From Dehalococcoidia bacterium (lineage in GTDB: Bacteria > Chloroflexota > Dehalococcoidia > Lucifugimonadales > JAGWBF01): a stretch of 64,000 nucleotides of DNA. Every line of letters begins with the position of its first letter. Position 1 is the stretch's first letter. Position numbers and translations under genes: made by a program. A model generated the notes under the pieces. The model saw nothing but the letters and a program-made list of their open reading frames with translations, had not been told where the DNA came from and made no database searches. The stretch covers positions 75,633 through 139,632 of the forward strand of contig DAOUJG010000039.1 of the NCBI GenBank assembly GCA_034423015.1, given 5' to 3'. Below, piece after piece: positions 43,382 to 52,125 of the stretch.

Positions 43382-44809
43382 TCACGAGACCGGAGGCCGG
43401 TGCTGTATCCATGGCCTGGCCCGCTCGAAGGCGGCCGACGCGGCTATGACCGTCTCCTCGCCGCCCCTCTTCCCGACGATGTGAAGGCCGATGGGCAGCC
43501 CGTCGGAGGAGAAGCCGGCCGGGACGCTGGCGGCGGCGTGCCCGATGGCGTTGATGGGGTAGGTGAAGGGATGGAAGCTGAAGTACCGGTGGGGGTAGGC
43601 CGGCCTGCCCGCGATCTCCTCGGGGAACTCGCCCACCGGTATGGCGGGCAGGGCCAGGGTGGGCGACAGCAGCAGGTCGTATCTCTGGAACAGGGCGGTC
43701 ATCTGGACCTTGAGGGCGTCTATGAGCCCGAGGGCGCGGGCATAGGCGGCGCCGGTGACCCTGGACCCGGCCTCGAAGAAGTCCCTGGCATAGTACGTCA
43801 GCCGGTCCCCGTGGCTCTCCAGGTACTGTCCGTAGGAGGCATAGGCGGCGACCTCGTATATGGGCCCGTAGGCGTCGTAGGGCGAGTCCATGACCAGGTC
43901 CGACTCCTCCACGTGGCACCCCAGCTCCTCGAACACCCGCGCCGCCCTGGAGGTAACTTCCAGGACCTCTGGGTCCACCGCCGCGAACCCGTAGTCCGGG
44001 CTCCAGGCGATGCGCAGGCCGCCCACGTCCCCGTCCACGGCGGCCAGGAAGTCGGGGGTAGGCTCGCGCAGGGAGCCGGGGTCCCTGGGGTCGTACCCGG
44101 CCAAGACCTGCAGCAGCAGGGCCGAGTCCCGCACGGTACGGCTCAGGGGCCCCTGCTGGCCGAAGAAGTTGGGCATGCCTGGGCCCTCCAGGCCGGTGTA
44201 GCTGGACACCCTGCCCTGGGTGGGCTTGATGCCGTAGATACCGCAGAAGCTGGCGGGAATGCGTATGGAGCCACCGCCGTCGCCCCCGGTGGCCAGGGGA
44301 CAGAGGCAGGCGGCCATGGCCGCGGCCGCGCCGCCGCTGGACCCGCCCGGCGTCCGGCCGGTGTTCCAGGGGTTGCGGCCGTGGTCTCCCAGCCGGTTCT
44401 CGCAGGTGCCGACCAGGCCGAACTCCGGGGAGTTGGTCTTGCCCAGCATGATCGCCCCGGCCTCCTTGACCCGTTCCACGACGGCCGAGTCCCGGTCGGG
44501 CACCCTGTCCTCGAAGACCAGCGACCCCACGGTGGTCCGGACACCCTTCGTCATCTGCGTGTCCTTGATGGAGATGGGCAGGCCGTGCAGGGCGCCAAGT
44601 TCGTCGCCGCGCATCACCGCCTCCTCGGCAGCCCTGGCGGAGCCCAAGGCCTCATCGCGGGTGAGGAGCAGGTACGAGTTGAGCCGGGAGTCCAACCTGT
44701 CGATGCGTTCGAAGTAAAGCTCGGCAAGCTCCACCGGAGAGACCCGCTTCGTAGCTATCAGGCGCAGCAGGTCCGCCGCCGGGGTGAAGGCCAGCTCGTT
44801 GTCCACCAT
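43382..44809 (-). CDS. amidase (amidase-signature family), copy 3
   Basis: GGSSGGAAAA and GDGGGSIRIP. N-terminus MVDNELAFTPAADLLRLIATKRVSPVELAELYFERI. ATG 44809 behind gaggaga. Confidence 0.88.
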   Translation of the reverse strand: MVDNELAFTPAADLLRLIATKRVSPVELAELYFERIDRLDSRLNSYLLLTRDEALGSARAAEEAVMRGDELGALHGLPISIKDTQMTKGVRTTVGSLVFEDRVPDRDSAVVERVKEAGAIMLGKTNSPEFGLVGTCENRLGDHGRNPWNTGRTPGGSSGGAAAAMAACLCPLATGGDGGGSIRIPASFCGIYGIKPTQGRVSSYTGLEGPGMPNFFGQQGPLSRTVRDSALLLQVLAGYDPRDPGSLREPTPDFLAAVDGDVGGLRIAWSPDYGFAAVDPEVLEVTSRAARVFEELGCHVEESDLVMDSPYDAYGPIYEVAAYASYGQYLESHGDRLTYYARDFFEAGSRVTGAAYARALGLIDALKVQMTALFQRYDLLLSPTLALPAIPVGEFPEEIAGRPAYPHRYFSFHPFTYPINAIGHAAASVPAGFSSDGLPIGLHIVGKRGGEETVIAASAAFERARPWIQHRPPVS

Positions 44810-45127
44810 GATGTCTCCTCTCGTTGCACCTCGATTCCGGGTGACTCCAGGGTCCTGCCCGCCCGCCGAACGAGAACCGCGTGAAGACCGGTCCCAGGCT
44901 CTTCCAATTATAGCCCAGTCCAGGGCCCGGTGGACGGGCGGCAAGGGTAGGGTCTTGCTTGTCCAGTCGCGGCGGCCGTGGTGTAGAATAACCGTGACGC
45001 GACGGGTGTCGGCCTGCCCGGAAGGGGAGGGCTGTACATCCAGGCGGCTACAGGAGTAAAATCAGGGTGCTGGACGGTTGCCGTCGTGCGGATGGCCGGT
45101 GTCCTCAGATAATTGGAGGAGAGCCAG

Positions 45128-46531
45128 ATGGCAGACAACGATATCGCTCTAATGGCCCACCTGATGCGACGGGCCGGGTTCGGCGCCCGGTACGAAGAGC
45201 TGGAGGCCCGGGCTGCCAAGGGGTACGAGGCCACCGTCGAGGAGCTGCTGAACCCCGAGGAGCATTCCAACGGCCTGGAGCTGGACCTGGCGGAACGGTA
45301 CTTCATCGAGTGGAACCAGTTCACCAGGGGCGTCCCCGAGTACTTCGCCTGGCGCATGATGAACTCCAGGGCCCAGCTCGAAGAGAAGATGATCCTCTTC
45401 TGGCACGGCATCCTGTGCACGGCTGACAGCAAGACCCAGAGCTACGCCACGTCCTACGTGGAGCTGGAGATGTTCCGCCGCTACGGTATGGGCAGCTTCC
45501 GGGACCTGCTGGTGGAGATCTCCAAGGACCCGGCCATGGTCTACTTCCTGGACAACTGCCTGAGCCACAAGGGGGCCATCAACGAGAACTATGGACGGGA
45601 GCTGCTGGAGCTGTTCTCCATGGGCGTGGGCATGGACGACCAGTTCAACTACACCGAGGACGACGTAAAGGAGTGCTCCCGGGCCTTCACCGGCTGGACC
45701 ATCGCCAACTCCATCCCGACGCAGCCCTACGGGCCCTACGAAGCCAGGTTCGTCTACAACCCGCTGGACCACGACGACGGGGTGAAGACCTTCCTGGGCG
45801 AGACCGGGCGCTTCAACGGCGAGGACGTCATCGACATCATCTGCAAGCAGCCGGCCACGGCCCGGTTCATCTCCCGCCACGTGTACAGCTACTTCGTGGC
45901 CGACGAGGCCCAGGTGCCCCTATGGATGGAGACCCCGCCCCGGGACCCGGACACCATCAAGATGCTGGAGGAGGAGTACTTCCGGTCGGGCTACGACATC
46001 CGCTCCATGCTGCGGGTGCTGTTCCACTCGGACGCCTTCAAGAACGCCCGCTTCTCCAGGGTAAAAGGGCCAATCGAGACGGTGATGGGAACCATGCGCC
46101 TGATAGGGGACTGGACGTCTCCCAAACCCGGGTTCGAGTTCATCTTCGACGAGATGAAGTTCATGGGGCAAGAGATACTGAACCCGCCCTCGGTGGAAGG
46201 CTGGCACACGGGCAAGGAGTGGATCGACGGCGGCACCCTGGTGCACCGCATCAACTTCACCGCCGACTTCGTGGGCGACACGAGCTACCCGGGCGTGCAG
46301 AGTATAGTCAACAGGCTGGCCTCGGAGGCACCCACCCTCTCGGCCGATGGGCTGGTGGACGGATGCCTGCGGCTGCTGGGACACTACGAGCTGGACGCCG
46401 AGACCCGGGAGATGCTCGTGGCCCGCGCCCAGAAGGGCGGCGACCTGCGCACCGACAGCGAGGAGTTCCCCCAGAGGGTCAGGCAGATGCTGCAGCTGAT
46501 AGTTGCCACGAAAGAGTACCTTTACGCCTAG
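45128..46531 (+). CDS. DUF1800 family protein, copy 3
   Basis: MADNDIALMAHLMRRAGFGA, EEKMILFWHG, DPAMVYFLDN..SHKGAINENYGRELLELFSMG, SRAFTGW. ATG 45128 behind ggaggag. Confidence 0.8.
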   Translation: MADNDIALMAHLMRRAGFGARYEELEARAAKGYEATVEELLNPEEHSNGLELDLAERYFIEWNQFTRGVPEYFAWRMMNSRAQLEEKMILFWHGILCTADSKTQSYATSYVELEMFRRYGMGSFRDLLVEISKDPAMVYFLDNCLSHKGAINENYGRELLELFSMGVGMDDQFNYTEDDVKECSRAFTGWTIANSIPTQPYGPYEARFVYNPLDHDDGVKTFLGETGRFNGEDVIDIICKQPATARFISRHVYSYFVADEAQVPLWMETPPRDPDTIKMLEEEYFRSGYDIRSMLRVLFHSDAFKNARFSRVKGPIETVMGTMRLIGDWTSPKPGFEFIFDEMKFMGQEILNPPSVEGWHTGKEWIDGGTLVHRINFTADFVGDTSYPGVQSIVNRLASEAPTLSADGLVDGCLRLLGHYELDAETREMLVARAQKGGDLRTDSEEFPQRVRQMLQLIVATKEYLYA

Positions 46532-46609
46532 GCGGAGCCCCGGGCCCCGGGAAGTTGTCGGCGGGCAGGTCCCTCATTTCGGGCCCCCATTGGAAAAGGA
46601 GGAGGAAAC

Positions 46610-47746
46610 ATGACGGCCAACAAGAAAGACCCGGTGCTGGTGGTGCTGCAGCTGTCGGGGGCCTACGACGCGCTGAACACGGTCATCCCGTACGAAGACC
46701 CCCTGTACATGGACTACCGCCCGGTGCTGAAGGTGGAGCCTGAGGAGGTCCTGCCGCTGGACGACAAGGTTGTGCTCAACCCGGCGATGGCGCCGGTGAA
46801 GGAGCTGTACGACCAGGGGAAGGTTGCCGTCATCCAAGGCATCGGCTATCCCAACCCCATCCGCTCCCACTTCCGGTCGATGGACATCTGGCATACCGCG
46901 GTGCCCGAGAAGATGGTCACCGACGGCTGGCTGGGCCGGGCCATCCGGGAGCTGGACCCCCACAAGGAGAACGTGCTGACGGCCGTGAACTTCGGCCGGG
47001 GACTGCCCAGGGCCCTGGCGGCCCCGGGAGTGTCGGTGGCATCGGTGGGCAACTTGGAGACCTACGGGGTGCTGACCGGGATCAAGGGCCAGGACCAGAG
47101 GACGGACGCCCTGGACGCATTCGCCAGGATGTACTCGCCCCTGATCGGCAACGGCCCGGTGAACGACTACCTGTCCCAGACCGGACTGGACGCCCTGAAG
47201 GGCGCCGACATCCTGGCAACCGCCCCAGACGCGTACTCCTCCACCGTGGAGTACGCCGGGGACCCATTCTCCCAGTGGGTCAAGAACATCGCGCAGGTGC
47301 ACCTGGCGGAGTTCGGCACACGCATCCTCTACACCGCCCTGGACCCGGGGGCGTTCGATACCCACGCCAACCAGGCAACGGCGTTCCCCAAGCTGTGGTC
47401 CGAGGTGTCCAACGCGGCGAGCGACCTGTACCACGACCTGAAGGAGCACGACGCCAACCAGGAGGTGGTGATCCTGATGTTCACCGAGTTCGGCCGGCGC
47501 GTGCAGGAGAACGGCTCGGGCACGGACCACGGCTCGGGCGGGGTGGCCTTCGTAATGGGGGACGCGGTCAAGGGCGGGCTGTACGGGGAGTACCCCTCCC
47601 TGGAGCCGTCCAAGCTGGACGAAGGCGACCTCAGTTGGAACAACGACTTCCGGGGGATGTACGCGACGCTGCTGGAGAAATGGATGGGCATGGAGCCCCA
47701 GCCCATTCTCGGAGGGTCCTTCGAGCAGTTCGACCTCATCAAGTGA
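46610..47746 (+). CDS. DUF1501 family protein, copy 2, no Tat/Sec leader
   Basis: VLVVLQLSGAYDALNTVIPY, GIGYPNPIRSHFRSMDIWHT, FTEFGRRVQENGSGTDHG. Confidence 0.78.
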   Translation: MTANKKDPVLVVLQLSGAYDALNTVIPYEDPLYMDYRPVLKVEPEEVLPLDDKVVLNPAMAPVKELYDQGKVAVIQGIGYPNPIRSHFRSMDIWHTAVPEKMVTDGWLGRAIRELDPHKENVLTAVNFGRGLPRALAAPGVSVASVGNLETYGVLTGIKGQDQRTDALDAFARMYSPLIGNGPVNDYLSQTGLDALKGADILATAPDAYSSTVEYAGDPFSQWVKNIAQVHLAEFGTRILYTALDPGAFDTHANQATAFPKLWSEVSNAASDLYHDLKEHDANQEVVILMFTEFGRRVQENGSGTDHGSGGVAFVMGDAVKGGLYGEYPSLEPSKLDEGDLSWNNDFRGMYATLLEKWMGMEPQPILGGSFEQFDLIK

Positions 47747-47802
47747 GCCGGCCGGGTGCGGGCTCGGCCGTCGGGCGTGAACCAAGAACTAGCGAGGAAG
47801 AG

Positions 47803-48840
47803 ATGGTCACTCAGATACCGCCTTTAACCTTCGAGTACAGCCACACCATCGGGCGGCAAGAGGTCCGGAGTGGGAACGGGTTCTTCTTCCCGGTGGCCAT
47901 AACCAAGGACGAGGAGGGCCTGCTGTACGTGCTGAGCCGGGGCACCGAGACCCCTGCGTTCTTCCCATGTAAGCGGGTGACGGTGTTCACGGTGGACGAG
48001 GATCTGGTCAGGGACTACGGGCAGAAGGTCCCCCCGGAAGAGGCGACCAGGGAGATGGCCCCGGACGGCAGTTTCATGTGGCCCACCTCCGTCGCCCTGG
48101 ACTCGGAGAACAACACCTACGTGTCCGACGAGTGGCTGGACCATATATCCGTATTCGACAAGGATGGGAAGTGGACCGCCAAGTGGGGCACTCCCGGAGA
48201 CGGCGACGGCGAGATCGACCGACCCTCGGGCCTGGCGTTTGACAAGAACGACAACCTGTACCTGGTGGACAGCCGGAACAGCCGGGTCCAGATATTCACC
48301 AGGGACGGCCGGTTCCTGGACAAGTGGGGCCGTAAGGGCGACGGCGACGGCGAGTTCGACATGCCGTGGGGCATCGAAATCGACGGGAACGGGGACGTGT
48401 ACATAGCCGACTGGCGGAACGACCGGATCCAGAAGTTCGCCCCGGATGGCCGGTTCCTGATGAAGTTCGGCACGTCGGGCCAGGGGGACGGGGAGTTCAA
48501 CCGGCCCACGGGAGTCGCCGTCGACGGCGAGGGGATCATCTACGTCACAGACTTCAAGAACGACCGGCTCCAGGTGTTCGACCCAGAGGGCGGCTTCATC
48601 ACCAAGCTGACGGGCGAGGCCACCCTGTCCCAGTGGGGAAGGGAGCGGGTGGAGCTGGACCCGCTGGCGTCCAAGGGCCGGAGGGTGGCCCAGGGCCTGC
48701 GGGAGCGCGAGAAGGTGTTCCAGGGGCCCATCGCGGTGGAGGTGGACGACGAGGACCGGGTCTTCGTGGTGGAGTGCGCCCGCCACCGGGTCCAGGTGTT
48801 CCACAAGCAGTCCGCCATATTCCAGGGGGGGCTGCTGTAG
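47803..48840 (+). CDS. NHL-repeat beta-propeller protein, copy 3
   Basis: MVTQIPPLTFEYSHTIGR...; blades PSGLAFDKNDNLYLVDSRNSRVQIF, PWGIEIDGNGDVYIADWRNDRIQKF and PTGVAVDGEGIIYVTDFKNDRLQVF. ATG 47803 (ORF-track start 47275 rejected). Confidence 0.85.
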   Translation: MVTQIPPLTFEYSHTIGRQEVRSGNGFFFPVAITKDEEGLLYVLSRGTETPAFFPCKRVTVFTVDEDLVRDYGQKVPPEEATREMAPDGSFMWPTSVALDSENNTYVSDEWLDHISVFDKDGKWTAKWGTPGDGDGEIDRPSGLAFDKNDNLYLVDSRNSRVQIFTRDGRFLDKWGRKGDGDGEFDMPWGIEIDGNGDVYIADWRNDRIQKFAPDGRFLMKFGTSGQGDGEFNRPTGVAVDGEGIIYVTDFKNDRLQVFDPEGGFITKLTGEATLSQWGRERVELDPLASKGRRVAQGLREREKVFQGPIAVEVDDEDRVFVVECARHRVQVFHKQSAIFQGGLL

Positions 48841-48947
48841 ACGGGGCCTTCGGTCACTTTCCTCATCTTTTGGGAAAGGATCTCCGTATTCATCCTCGTA
48901 TGCGGCCTTCGCATGACCATGGCGGCTCCGCTGTAGCTGCCCAACCC

Positions 48948-49493
48948 CTACAGGTCAAACTGGTCAAATGGATTGTGCCCCAACAATGTTTGCGTGAGCC
49001 GGTCATTCCCCGCTGGAATATGCGTGCCCCGCTCATATACAAACGGTAACTTCTGCATCCTGTTATCCTTCCGCCAGAACTGCTTGAGTTTCCGCACTGT
49101 GTCCGGTGTCTTGCATACGACCGTGAGTAATACCCGTGGGCAGGCTGGATGGAAGAGGAGCGGCATATAGTCGTGGTCTTCATCTTCGGAGTAGTCGCAG
49201 GCACTCCGCCACTTCCTCGTGGGGCCATAGTACCTCACCCCATTGTCTCCCTGGACCCACTCATCCCGGTCTATGCAGTCTTTGAAATCGGCATCGTCGA
49301 CCTCAACCCGAATGACTTTCCACCCAATGCTTCCATGGTCGGTGACCAAGCGGAAGTAACAGTCGCCCGGCGACAGGGGCCATTCGTACAACTTTACCTG
49401 TGGCAACGGTTGTTCAGTGCTGGTGGGGCGTTTGAGAAAAGGGAGGATGAGAGCTACGAAATTACCGAGGAGCCCAATGATTGTCAGCCACAT
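48948..49493 (-). CDS. hypothetical protein with N-terminal TM helix (181 aa)
   Basis: MWLTIIGLLGNFVALILPFL... then a Cys/Trp/Asp-rich soluble part. Lies in the low-GC islet, 17 nt downstream of the Mrr-cat gene. No family recognised. Confidence 0.5.
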   Translation of the reverse strand: MWLTIIGLLGNFVALILPFLKRPTSTEQPLPQVKLYEWPLSPGDCYFRLVTDHGSIGWKVIRVEVDDADFKDCIDRDEWVQGDNGVRYYGPTRKWRSACDYSEDEDHDYMPLLFHPACPRVLLTVVCKTPDTVRKLKQFWRKDNRMQKLPFVYERGTHIPAGNDRLTQTLLGHNPFDQFDL

Positions 49494-49510
49494 GGTCGGC
49501 CACTAACCCG

Positions 49511-50326
49511 TCAGGATCGCTGTTGCGCTTCAATGATTTCACTCATTCTGGCCAGTTCTGGAGCGTCAACAAGTATTATCGGTTTGCCGCGTGCAAAGTC
49601 CTTGACTCCCTTTGTGAACCCTCCGGTACACGCCAGGATTGCATTGTTGGCACGAAGATGCACCATGGTCCCATATAACTCTCTGACAACCGCTACGCCT
49701 ACTGGGGACCGGTACCTCTTGCACTGAACGACGGTCTTTTTGCCCTTCTTCCGCAAAATGAGGTCAGCCCCTCCATCGCTCGAACCACCGGTGTACGACA
49801 CTTTGTACCCACGACGTTCACAAAGTGCTCCTAGTTCAAGTTCAAATTCGTCATCGCTGAGCCCATTCCAATACCCCTCTCGCTTTCTGAGAGCTTCCCG
49901 CTCAGCTTCCTCCCGCGCTCTTTCCTCTGCCCACCGTACGCGCTCGGTTTCCCGTCGCACCTGCTCAGCTTCCTGTCGTGCCCTCTCCGTCTCCCGCTGC
50001 ACTTCCTCATAGGCAGACTGCGCCACTTCGTACCGATTGATTTGAGAGGCTACAGGGCTCTTGAACAGACGCGACGTCTTGAACCGCTCTATAAGCGGCC
50101 ATACCAAAAACATAATACAAGGGACCAGAAAATAGAATGCGAACACTCCAACGGCAAGTGCGACTACCCAGCTTCTAGTAATGACGAAAGTGACAAAGGC
50201 AACGACCAACGTCAAGACAACCAATGTGAGTCCAAGGAGGAGGCCCCCAGGCCCGCCACTCTTGCCAATATAGAGCGCATATTCCTCGGGTGTTACCCCG
50301 AAGTCTTGCAATTCTGGCTTCTGCAA
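49511..50326 (-). CDS. membrane-anchored restriction-endonuclease-like protein (Mrr_cat PD-(D/E)xK domain) with coiled-coil linker
   Basis: 2-3 TM helices, charged heptad segment RETERARQEAEQVRRETERVRWAEERAREEAEREA, then LSDDEFELELGALCERRGYKVSYTGGSSDGGADLILRKKGKKTVVQCKRYRSPVGVAVVRELYG (Mrr_cat pattern D-GG-D...Q-C-K). TTG start. Confidence 0.7.
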   Translation of the reverse strand: MQKPELQDFGVTPEEYALYIGKSGGPGGLLLGLTLVVLTLVVAFVTFVITRSWVVALAVGVFAFYFLVPCIMFLVWPLIERFKTSRLFKSPVASQINRYEVAQSAYEEVQRETERARQEAEQVRRETERVRWAEERAREEAEREALRKREGYWNGLSDDEFELELGALCERRGYKVSYTGGSSDGGADLILRKKGKKTVVQCKRYRSPVGVAVVRELYGTMVHLRANNAILACTGGFTKGVKDFARGKPIILVDAPELARMSEIIEAQQRS

Positions 50327-50410
50327 ACCCCATCACCCGGGCGCCGTTTGGTCACCTAGTCTAACGTCGCCTCCCCAAGCATCCGAGTCTCTATGAGAAT
50401 ACCGGCGGCT

Positions 50411-50689
50411 TTACCCATGGGCCTCGACTTCTTTATCGACTCCGCATGGCTGGCACAGTTCGAAGTCTTGTATGCCCAGTTGGGCAAAGCCGCCCAGTGC
50501 ACCGTCGAGGGTGTTGTAACGCATCAGGGTTTCAGGGTCGAGCACTGCTGGACAGGGTATCCGGTGGATTATTTTGCTTTCGTGTTCGGTCGAAATGCCG
50601 TACATCACTCGCCTTCCATGGTCCATACCACCCCGTGGATTCCGGCTCGGGGCCGGAAATACGGTGAGGATGAGACCGACCGGGCGCAC
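50411..50689 (-). CDS. hypothetical ORF (92 aa), doubtful
   Basis: Only an open frame between amidase 4 and the Mrr-cat gene. No recognisable family or clear RBS. Confidence 0.2.
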   Translation of the reverse strand: MRPVGLILTVFPAPSRNPRGGMDHGRRVMYGISTEHESKIIHRIPCPAVLDPETLMRYNTLDGALGGFAQLGIQDFELCQPCGVDKEVEAHG

Positions 50690-50690
50690 G

Positions 50691-52100
50691 CTAAGCGAAG
50701 GGCGGCCTCCTGGTATGCCATGGGGTGTTCTGCTCGTAGGCGTGGGCGACCCTCAGCACCGTTGCCTCTTCACCGGGACGGCCGGCTATCTGTAGCCCTA
50801 TGGGCAGGCCGTTGGAGGCGAAGCCGCAGGGCACCGAGGCGGCGGGCGTGCTGGCCAGGCTGAAGCCGGCGGTGCTGCTGAAGGGGACGGCGCTCGGCGG
50901 CTCCCCAGCCGCCGGGGGCTGGTCGACCTCCCGGACCGGCGGCGCGGTCATGCCCGACGTGGGCTGCACCAGAACATCGTACCTCTCCAGAGCCTCCAGT
51001 ATCTGGCGCCTGAGCAGGGTCCTCAGCTTCCGGGCCTTGTAGTAAGCCTGGGACGGCATGATGCTCCCGGTGAGAAGACCTATGCGGTTGTCGTGGCCGT
51101 AGTCCTGAAGACGGCCCCTGATCCACTCCCGGTGGGTCGAGGCCGCCTCCACGGCGGACTGCACCCCCGAGATATCGAGCATGTGCCTGGTCAACGGGAC
51201 CGATACCTCCTCCACCGATGCGCCCATCTCTCCCAGGACACCGGCGGCGGTGACCACCGCCTCCCGCACCTCGGGCTCCGCGAAGTCCGCGTCCACCTGC
51301 TCGGCAATGAGCCCCACGCGAAGGCCGGCGATGTTGCCGTCCAGGGCCTTCCTGTAGTCGGGGACGGGGGTGTGCCACGTGTACGGGTCCCTGGGGTCGT
51401 ACCCGGCGATGGCGCCCAGGGTAATGGCCGCGTCCTCGACGGTGCGGGAAATGGGGCCGACGGTATCCATGGACCAGGAGCCGGGCATGACGCCGTAGCG
51501 GCTCACCCTGCCCCACCCGGGCTTCATGCCCGTCAGGCCGCACCACGCCGCGGGCCGGCGCAGGGAGCCGCTGGTGTCCTCGCCCAGGGAGGTGGCGCAG
51601 AGGAAGGCGGCGGTGGCGGCCCCAGACCCGCTGCTGGACCCGCCGGGGCAGGTGTTCAGGTCCCAGGGGTTGCGGGGGTAGCTGAAGCGGTGGGAGAACC
51701 CCGTGATGGCGAACTCGGTCATGTTGGTCTTGCCCAGGAGCACGGCCCCGGCCACTTTCAAGTTGGCTATGACCGTCGCGTCCTCCTCGGGGAAGAAGCC
51801 GGCCAGGATGCGCGAGCCCCCCGTGGTCCGGACGCCCTTGCTCCAGAGCTGGTCCTTCACCGCCACGGGAACCCCGTGCATGGGTCCGAGGTAGCCGTCC
51901 CGGGCGATGGCGTCCTCGGCGTCCTTCGCCGCCCGGAGGGCCTCATCGCGGCAAACGGTCAGGTAGGAGTTGAACCTGAAGTCCAGATCGTCGATGCGCT
52001 CCAGGTACGCCTGGGTGACCTCGACGGGAGAGACCTCTTTGGTCCGGATGAGGTCCGACAGTCGGGTGACGCTGAGGAACGGGATCTCCGCTCGGTTCAT
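50691..52100 (-). CDS. amidase (amidase-signature family), copy 4
   Basis: GGSSSGSGAA and GEDTSGSLRRP. N-terminus MNRAEIPFLSVTRLSDLIRTKEVSPVEVTQAYLERI. Confidence 0.9.
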   Translation of the reverse strand: MNRAEIPFLSVTRLSDLIRTKEVSPVEVTQAYLERIDDLDFRFNSYLTVCRDEALRAAKDAEDAIARDGYLGPMHGVPVAVKDQLWSKGVRTTGGSRILAGFFPEEDATVIANLKVAGAVLLGKTNMTEFAITGFSHRFSYPRNPWDLNTCPGGSSSGSGAATAAFLCATSLGEDTSGSLRRPAAWCGLTGMKPGWGRVSRYGVMPGSWSMDTVGPISRTVEDAAITLGAIAGYDPRDPYTWHTPVPDYRKALDGNIAGLRVGLIAEQVDADFAEPEVREAVVTAAGVLGEMGASVEEVSVPLTRHMLDISGVQSAVEAASTHREWIRGRLQDYGHDNRIGLLTGSIMPSQAYYKARKLRTLLRRQILEALERYDVLVQPTSGMTAPPVREVDQPPAAGEPPSAVPFSSTAGFSLASTPAASVPCGFASNGLPIGLQIAGRPGEEATVLRVAHAYEQNTPWHTRRPPFA

Positions 52101-52125
52101 CGCTGGCTCCCTTCTCGACCCCAGG

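Noticed and set aside
48944-48962. ccctacaggtcaaac at the islet border, resembling IR-R (ccctacaggtaaac) of the IS6-like element.
   Set aside because: Only a 10-nt exact match. It is the ...FDL* end of ORF 48948-49493, and its orientation would place an element inside the NHL gene. Judged coincidental.
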